From assembly GCF_036365525.1 (NCBI RefSeq), contig NC_090382.1:67111099-67175098 (forward strand): 64,000 nt of DNA, written 5' to 3'. The notes beneath the pieces are model-generated. The model saw nothing but the letters and a program-made list of their open reading frames with translations, made no database searches and was not told the DNA's origin. The position numbers and the translations under genes are program-made. Source of the DNA: Heterodontus francisci (taxonomy: Eukaryota). Of this stretch, positions 56,400 through 64,000 are shown one piece after another. Position 1 is the stretch's first letter, and each line of letters opens with the position of its first letter.

Positions 56400-58106
56400 G
56401 TAAATGCATAATTTTTGCAGATGTCACGTGATCCAGTCATGTAAGAGCGTCGTCTTCCAGCCAGTGTTAACAATCCTAGCCACGCAAGAAAGCATTACTT
56501 TGATGTGATCCTCTTTCACGACGACATACTCTTAAATTGCTCTTGCCCTCTTTTGCATTTTCCTGCAAAATATATTTAAGGACGTATGCAGTTTTCAAGT
56601 CTTAATTTTTGATCCTTTTACAATTCGTCTTTTTTTCATTAGAGAACGGCCACAGGACAAACCGACCACACACAATGCATTTTTGTTTATTATCAAATTC
56701 ATAAGAGATGCTCATTGATTGGATCACGGTAATATCCTCTGAAATGTCATTGTCGTATCTGTATTGAGCAACCCGGAATATCCTGGAAGTAAATTGCCAG
56801 ATGACGATTTCTTTTTCTATCTGTAACCCAGAGGTTCCTTCTGCAACAACGACATAATGCTCCTCCAAAATGAAAATTAGACCAAGGTTAGGATTTTAAA
56901 AAGAGCTTCAAACCTTTCTGGCATATGGAAACAAATGTAAAAAGTGCGGACGAATGTGGTGATTTGCGCAAATGCCCAATATAGTGTAGGTAGATTAAAA
57001 TTCTGTTTGACAGATAAATCCAATATTAAAGGAATTCTGGAAACCTTTCAGCACACTGGTGCTTTAAACAGAAATCATCATTTCACTGAGAATGTTGACC
57101 AGTGATACTGGAATGTGGATGGTTGGAGTTTCGGAACCATTAAATCATGCCAATTATCAGCGATCACAAACTTGTCCCGTCCTGCGGGGAGCAATATTCC
57201 CCATTATCTAATGAGTTTTCTTTACAATTGAATATCCTACAATGTGACGATCGAACCTGCCCTCCGCTGTGGGGCAATCCCCGACGAGTTGAATTCACAT
57301 TATCATTTTTCTATGCTATTTATTTTCTGTCCATTTTGAATCTCTGTTTCTCGCTAGACTCCATCTTGTGGATTTTTTTTTTTTGTTATTCACTCCGTGC
57401 TGCAGCAGTGAGCGCTCACGCCATGAGCGGAGCCTCGTTACTTGCCAGCCGGGGCGCAGCGACCTCAGCCCGTGGATCCCTGCAGCTCTCGCTTCTGAAG
57501 TGCAACTCAAGTCTCAGGCTATCAGAGACTGGAACACACACCATTTCAGATTAACGGATAAACAGGAGGGAAAGACACGCATTTTTTATTCTGGTTTAAT
57601 TGTATTTTTTAACCTTGTTGATCCAAAACAGGCTGCTGTTAATATGCAGTTGATTTTGTTTTGTAACTTTCAGTTTAGACAAAATCGGTTCTTCTCTTAC
57701 ATCTGTCCCATTAATAATTTTGACAATACAATAACTTGTAATCTTCTAGGAAAATTCTTAGGGGATAACTATTTCAACAATCCAATGCAGCCCAAATCAA
57801 TGGCAGATAATGCACCATTCGCCGAATTGTCAGCCTGTCTATTCATTCAGAGGCATTTATTGAAATCAGTACTGGAAATGTAGAGTAACTAGTTGCACAT
57901 AATGTGGCAAGGGGTAGTTGAAGAGACAAAGAAGGATGAAATGCCGCAAAATAAAAAGACAACTAATACAAATGCAACGTAAAGCAAAACATTAACGGGA
58001 AGTAAAAGGGGTAATAAATGTGGGGGAGGGGTGGCATAGATAAGAGGGTTCTGAGTAGCTGCGCCGTGGACGTTTATCTCATTGGTTTTTTAAAAAAGGG
58101 GTTGGG

Positions 58107-58878
58107 AACAAAGAAGCAGGAGTAGGCCATTCAGCCCATCGAGCCTGGTTCTACACTCCCCAACCAGGGGAAACAGCTTGCCTGCATCTACCCTGTCTAT
58201 CCCTTTTAAGTACTTTGTAGGTTTCAATGAGATCACCTCTCATTCGTTGAAACTCTAGAGAATACAGGCCCAGTTTCACCAATCTCTGTTCATAGGACAG
58301 CCCCACCATCCCGGGAACAAGTCTGGTGAGCTTTTGTTGCACTCCCTCTCTGGCAATAATATCCTTCCTAAGGTAAGAGGACCAAAACTGCACACACTAC
58401 TCCAGGTGCAATCTAACCGAGGTTCTATACAATTGAAGCAACACTTCACTACTCCTGTAAGCAAATCCTCTTGCGATAAAGGCTAACATACCATTAGCCT
58501 TCCTAATTGCTTGCTGCACCTGCATGTTAGCTTTCAGGGTCTTATTGACGAGGACACCCAGGTTCCTTTGTACATCTACATTCTCTAATCTCTTGCCATT
58601 TAAGAAATACTCTGCACATCTGTTCCTCCAACCTCACATCACCTTTCCACATCATATTCCATCTGCCATGTTCTTGCCCAGTCACTAAATCTGTTCAAAT
58701 CCACTTGAAGCCATTTTGCATCTTCCTCACAACACACATTCCCACCTAGATTTGTGTCATCCGCGAACTTGGAAATATTACATTTGGTCCCCACATCCAA
58801 ATCATTGATATATATTGTGAACAGCTGGGGCCCAGTACTGATCCTTGTGGTACCTCACCAGTCACAGCCTGCCAATGC
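58107..58878 (-). mobile_element. CR1 3' portion, same subfamily as 1-2022
   Basis: QFWSSYLRKDIIAREGVQ...GDLIETYK; reverse complement aligns with ~990-1730. Confidence 0.9.
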
Positions 58879-59579
58879 AAGAATGACACGTTTATTTGCC
58901 AATCTATCTTCATAACTGAAATTCCTCATCCCTGGACCCATTCCCGTGAATCTCTTCTGTACTCTCTCCAATGCCCCCATGTCTTTCCTCATGTGCGGCG
59001 CCCAGAATTGGACACAATTCTCCAGTTGAGGCCGAACTAGTGTCTTATACAAGTTCAACATAACTTCTCAAATAAAAGCAAAATACTGCGGATGCTGGAA
59101 ATCTGAAACAAAAACAAGAAATGCTGGATTCACTCAGCAGGTCTGGCAGCATCTGTGGAAAGAGAAGCAGAGTTAACGTTTCGGGTCAGTGACCCTTCTT
59201 CGGAACTGACAAATATTAGAAAAGTCACAGATTATAAACAAGTGAGGTGGGGGTTGGGCAAGAGATAACAAAGGAGAAGGTGCAGATTGGACCTGGCCAC
59301 ATAGCTGACCAAAAGGTCACGGAGCAAAGGCAAACAATATGTTAATGGTGTGTTGAAAGACAAAGCATTAGTACAGATTAGGTGTGAATATACTGAATAA
59401 TGAACATCAGCAAGTGCAAACCTGAAGAAAAACAACCTGAAAAAAACAGTGGGTAAGCAAACTGAACAAACTAAGATGAAATGAAATAAATGCAAAAAAA
59501 GATTGTAAAAAATGTAAAAAGGAATGCAAAAAAAAAAGGAAGAAAAAATGACTAAAAATGAAAGTAAAGTGGGGGGCTG

Positions 59580-60326
59580 TCATGCTCTGAAATTATTGAA
59601 CTCAATGTTCAGTCCGGCAGGCTGTAGTGTGCCTAATCGGTAGATGAGATGCTGTTCCTCGAGCTTGCGTTGATGTTCACTGGAACACTGCAGCAATCCC
59701 AGGACAGAGATGTGAGCATGAGAGCAGGGGGGAGTGTTGAAATGGCAAGCAACCGGAAGCTCAGGGTCCTGCTTGCGGACTGAGCGGAGATGTTCCGCAA
59801 AGCGGTCACCCAGTCTGCGCTTGGTCTCCCCAATGTAGAGGAGACCACACTGTGAGCAGCGAATACAGTATACTACATTGAAAGAAGTACAAGTAAATCG
59901 CTGCTTCACCTGAAAGGAGTGTTTGGGACCTGGGATAGTGAGGAGAGAGGAGGTAAATGGGCAGGTATTACACCTCCTGCGATTGCAAGGGAAGGTGCCC
60001 TGGGACGGGGACGAGGTGGTGGGGGTAATGGAGGAGTGGACCAGGGTGTCGCGGAGGGAACGATCCCTTCGGAATGCTGACAGGGGAAGGGAGGGGAAGA
60101 TGCGACTGGTAGTGGCATCACGCTGGAGGTGGCGAAAATGGCGGAGGATGATCCTTTGGATATGGAGGCTGGTGGGATGAAAAGTGAGGACAAGGGGAAC
60201 CCTGTCACGGTTCTGGGAGGGAGGGGAAGGGGTGAGGGTAGAGGTGCGGGGAATGGGTCGGACACGGTTGAGGGCCCTGTCAACCACAGTGGGGGGAAAT
60301 CCTCGGTTGAGGAAAAAGGAGGTCAT
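59580..60326 (-). CDS. Penelope ORF C-terminal part (RT thumb/linker plus GIY-YIG endonuclease), 5'-truncated
   Basis: RVPLVLTFHP, CNRRRCNTC, NVVYCIRCSQCGLLYIGETKRRLGDRFAEH, PVACHF, LEEQHLI, PAGLN. Confidence 0.9.
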   Translation of the reverse strand: MTSFFLNRGFPPTVVDRALNRVRPIPRTSTLTPSPPSQNRDRVPLVLTFHPTSLHIQRIILRHFRHLQRDATTSRIFPSLPLSAFRRDRSLRDTLVHSSITPTTSSPSQGTFPCNRRRCNTCPFTSSLLTIPGPKHSFQVKQRFTCTSFNVVYCIRCSQCGLLYIGETKRRLGDRFAEHLRSVRKQDPELPVACHFNTPPCSHAHISVLGLLQCSSEHQRKLEEQHLIYRLGTLQPAGLNIEFNNFRA

Positions 60327-60423
60327 ATCAGAAGCACCGTCATGGAAGGTAGCATCATCAGAGCAGATGCGTCGGAGACGGAGAAACTGGGAGAATGGAA
60401 TGGAGTCCTTCCATGACGGTGCT

Positions 60424-61008
60424 CATATCCAAAGGATCATCCTCCGCCATTTTCGCCACCTCCAGCGTGATGCCACTACCAGTCGCATCTTCCCCTCCCT
60501 TCCCCTGTCAGCATTCCGAAGGGATCGTTCCCTCCGCGACACCCTGGTCCACTCCTCCATTACCCCCACCACCTCGTCCCCGTCCCAGGGCACCTTCCCT
60601 TGCAATCGCAGGAGGTATAATACCTGCCCATTTACCTCCTCTCTCCTCACTATCCCAGGCCCCAAACACTCCTTTCAGGTGAAGCAGCGATTTACTTGTA
60701 CTTCTTTCAATGTAGTATACTGTATTCGCTGCTCACAGTGTGGTCTCCTCTACATTGGGGAGACCAAGCGCAGACTGGGTGACCGCTTTGCGGAACATCT
60801 CCGCTCAGTCCGCAAGCAGGACCCTGAGCTTCCGGTTGCTTGCCATTTCAACACTCCCCCCTGCTCTCATGCTCACATCTCTGTCCTGGGATTGCTGCAG
60901 TGTTCCAGTGAACATCAACGCAAGCTCGAGGAACAGCATCTCATCTACCGATTAGGCACACTACAGCCTGCCGGACTGAACATTGAGTTCAATAATTTCA
61001 GAGCATGA
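60424..61008 (+). CDS. Second (inverted) copy of the Penelope GIY-YIG segment; the ORF-track N-terminal extension is antisense of the first copy
   Basis: Same peptide from HIQRIILRHF to the stop, with one C>Y change. Confidence 0.85.
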   Translation, partial: HIQRIILRHFRHLQRDATTSRIFPSLPLSAFRRDRSLRDTLVHSSITPTTSSPSQGTFPCNRRRYNTCPFTSSLLTIPGPKHSFQVKQRFTCTSFNVVYCIRCSQCGLLYIGETKRRLGDRFAEHLRSVRKQDPELPVACHFNTPPCSHAHISVLGLLQCSSEHQRKLEEQHLIYRLGTLQPAGLNIEFNNFRA

Positions 61009-61390
61009 CAGCCCCCCACTTTACTTTCATTTTTAGTCATTTTTAGTTATTTTTTCTTCCTTTTTTTTTTTGCATTCCTTTTTACATTTTTTACAATCTT
61101 TTTTTGCATTTATTTCATTTCATCTTAGTTTGTTCAGTTTGCTTACCCACTGTTTTTTTCAGGTTGTTTTTCTTCAGGTTTGCACTTGCTGATGTTCATT
61201 ATTCAGTATATTCACACCTAATCTGTACTAATGCTTTGTCTTTCAACACACCATTAACATATTGTTTGCCTTTGCTCCGTGACCTTTTGGTCAGCTATGT
61301 GGCCAGGTCCAATCTGCACCTTCTCCTTTGTTATCTCTTGCCCAACCCCCACCTCACTTGTTTATAATCTGTGACTTTTCTAATATTTGT

Positions 61391-61430
61391 CAGTTCCGAA
61401 GAAGGGTCACTGACCCGAAACGTTAACTCT
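61391..61430 (+). ncRNA. Minimal hammerhead-like motif in the Penelope pLTR (mirror copy ~59170-59210, minus)
   Basis: CAGTT-CCGAAGA-A-GGGTCACTGACCC-GAAA-CGTT-AACT: core with U4>C and an extra A, palindromic stem II and AACGTT stem III. Confidence 0.6.
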
Positions 61431-62405
61431 GCTTCTCTTTCCACAGATGCTGCCAGACCTGCTGAGTGAATCCAGCATTTCTTGTTTTTGTTTCAACATA
61501 ACTTCCTTGCTCTTGTACTCGAAATTCCTATTAAAACATACAGTATCCTGGGCTTTATTATTAACTGTTCTCTCAACCTATCCTGCCACCTTTAATAACT
61601 TAAGCACATATACACCTAGGTACCTCTGCTCCTGCACCCCTTTTAGAATTGTATCCTTTATTCTATATTGTCTCTCCATGTTCTTCCTACCAAAATGAAT
61701 CACCTCACATTTTTCTGCATTGAACTTCATCGGCCACCTGTCTGCCCATTCTACCAACTTGTCTATGTCCTTTTGAAGTTCTACACTACCCTCCTCACAG
61801 TTCATAATGCTTCCAAGTTTCGTATCATCTGCAAACTTTGAAATTGTACCCTGGACACCAAGGTCTAGGTCTTTAATATATATCAGGAAAAGCAAGGGTC
61901 CTAACACTGATCCCTGGGAAATTCCACGACAAACCTTCCTCCAGCCCAAAAAACATCCATTAACCACTACTCTTTGTTTCCTGTCACTCAGCCAATTTCA
62001 TTTCCAAGTTGCTACTGTCCCTTTTATTCCATGAGCTACAAGTTTGCTCACAAGTCTGATGTTGGTGCTGTATCAAGTGCCTTTTGAAAGTCCATGTACA
62101 TCACATCAACAGCATTGCCCTCATCAACCCTCTGTTACCTCCTCAAAAAACTCCAGCAAGTTAGTTAAACATGATTTTTCCCTTAAGAAATCCATGCTGG
62201 CTTTCCTTAATTAACCCATATTTGTGACTATTGATTTTGTCCTGAATTTTTTTTTCTAGAAGATTTCCCATCACCAAAGTTAAACTGCCTGGCCTGTAGT
62301 TGCTGGGCTTATCTTTACACCCTTTTTTGAACAAGGGTGTAATGTTTGCAATTCTCCAGTCCCCTGGCACTACCATCAGTCTAAGGAAGACAGAAAAATT
62401 ATGGC

Positions 62406-64000
62406 CTTCCTCAGTAAATATAAACACAAATTAATCATTTAGCTTCTCTGCATTTTCTCTATTCCCCATTATAAATTCTCCTGACTCTGCGTGCAATGGT
62501 CCCACATTTGTGTTGGCTAAACGTTTCCTTTTTATGTACCTGTTGACGCTTTTACAGTCCATTTTTATGTTTTTTACTAGTTTACTCACACTGAAGAATA
62601 CCTGCAGAGTCTCATCGACAGGTTTGCGTCTGCCTGCAATGAATTTGGCCTAACCATCAGCCTCAAGAAAACGAACATCATGGGGCAGGATGTCAGAAAT
62701 GCTCCATCCATCAATATTGGCGACCACGCTCTGGAAGTGGTTCAAGAGTTCACCTACCTAGGCTCAACTATCACCAGTAACCTGTCTCTAGATGCAGAAA
62801 TCAACAAGCGCATGGGTAAGGCTTCCACTGCTATGTTCAGACTGGCCAAGAGAGTGTGGGAAAATGGCGCACTGACACGGAACACAAAAGTCCGAGTGTA
62901 TCAGGCCTGTGTCCTCAGTACCTTGCTCTACGGCAGCGAGGCCTGGACAACGTATGCCAGCCAAGAGCGACGTCTCAATTCATTCCATCTTCGCTGCCTT
63001 CGGAGAATACTTGGCATCAGGTGGCAGGACTATATCTCCAACACAGAAGTCCTTGAAGCGGCCAACATCCCCAGCTTATACACACTACTGAGTCAGCGGC
63101 GCTTGAGATGGCTTGGCCATGTGAGCCGCATGGAAGATGGCAGGATCCCCAAAGACACATTGTACAGCGAGCTCGCCACTGGTATCAGACCCACCGGCCG
63201 TCCATGTCTCCGTTATAAAGACGTCTGCAAACGCGACATGAAATCGTGTGACATTGATCACCAGTCGTGGGAGTCAGTTGCCAGCATTCGCCAGAGCTGG
63301 CGGGCAGCCATAAAGACAGGGCTAAATTGTGGCGAGTCGAAGAGACTTAGTAGTTGGCAGGAAAAAAGACAGAGGCGCAAGGGGAGAGCCAACTGTGCAA
63401 CAGCCCCAACAAACAAATTTCTCTGCAGCACCTGTGGAAGAGCCTGTCACTCCAGAATTGGCCTTTATAGCCACTCCAGGCGCTGCTTCACAAACCACTG
63501 ACCACCTCCAGGCGCGTATCCATTGTCTCTCGAGATAAGGAGGCCCAAAAGAACTAGTTTACATTCATATTCTGTTCTCCTTTTATCAGTTTTTTGGTCC
63601 CCCTTTGCTGTATTTTAAAATCCTCCCAATACTACTATTTTTGGCAACTTTATAGGCCTTTTCTTTTAATCTTATATAATCCTTAACTTCCTTTGTGAGC
63701 CATGGTTGACTGCCTTTTATTTTGGGGTTTTTGTGCCTTGAAGGAATGCATAGTTACTGTAAACTATGTAATAATTCTTTGAAGACTATCCATTGCCTAT
63801 GTACTGTCATACCTTTTAATATATTTCCCCAATCCACCTCAGCCAATTTTCCCCTCATACCTTCATAATTTCCTTTGTTCAAATTCAACACCCTGGCTTC
63901 AGATTGCATTACCTCACTTTCAAATATAATGTAAAATTCTATTATATTATGGTCACTCATACCTAAATGTTCTTTTACAACAAGATTATTAATTAACCTT
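62406..64000 (-). mobile_element. CR1 LINE (subfamily of 1-2022) interrupted by the RTE; runs off window end
   Basis: MSDHNIIEFYIIFESEVMQSEARVLNLNKGNYEGMRGKLAEVDW nearly identical to ORF 29-298. Confidence 0.9.
62586..63552 (+). mobile_element. Young 5'-truncated RTE-clade LINE with intact C-terminal ORF (open 62587-63501) and 10-bp TSD
   Basis: FGLTISLKKT, EFTYLGS, YQACVLSTLLYGSEAW, RRLRWLGHVSRM, GRPCLRYKD, C2H2-like CSTC...HSRRC; TSD actagtttac at 62576-62585 and 63553-63562. Confidence 0.93.

Larger units (their letters stand above)
59068..61491. mobile_element. Young Penelope-like retroelement: two 5'-truncated copies in inverted tail-out arrangement, 14-bp TSD
   Basis: GIY-YIG ORFs on both strands; arms almost identical; TSD ttcaacataacttc at 59054-59067 and 61492-61505. 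Confidence 0.95.
58879..62405 (-). mobile_element. CR1 fragment interrupted by the Penelope insertion (pieces 58879-59067 and 61492-62405)
   Basis: ITPLFKKGCKDKPSNYRP, QGSVLGPLLF, KFADDTK in the right piece continuing to MLNLYKTLVRPQLENCVQFW in the left piece. Confidence 0.88.

Noticed and set aside
57147-57883. 135-aa and 171-aa ORFs as genes
   Set aside because: No recognisable domains, low-complexity F/L-rich composition; expected by chance near a CpG-rich patch
60184-61008. 274-aa ORF as a novel GIY-YIG protein with an Arg-rich N-terminus
   Set aside because: The first ~80 aa are the antisense of the other Penelope arm fused in frame at the inversion junction

Overview
Vertebrate genomic DNA, most likely a cartilaginous fish (shark): AT-rich, dense in CR1 LINEs, with DeuSINE/tRNA-derived SINEs, Penelope-like elements and an RTE. 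The only confident host gene is PURA (Pur-alpha), whose CDS is uninterrupted at 15174-15974 (+). It sits in a ~13 kb almost TE-free block with a probable upstream non-coding exon and promoter (~9.6-10.15 kb), a proximal promoter/splice acceptor and a long AT-rich 3' region that contains a 143-N gap. A second CpG-rich promoter-like region at ~56.3-58 kb may be the start of the next gene (CYSTM1 by human synteny; inference only). The most interesting signals are: (i) four Penelope-like inverted insertions of ~0.1-2.4 kb, three with clear target-site duplications, a fixed asymmetric tail and (in two) minimal hammerhead-ribozyme motifs; (ii) a 1.25 kb TA-flanked element with ~215 bp terminal inverted repeats; (iii) a solo LTR with a perfect TSD; (iv) an unassigned ~1.5 kb decayed coding-like stretch at 33.7-35.2 kb (possible endogenous viral element or old TE); (v) a young intact RTE fragment; (vi) AT-rich CpG-retaining islands. 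Most short ORFs in the track are TE fragments or chance. Boundaries of old repeats are approximate and no database search was run.
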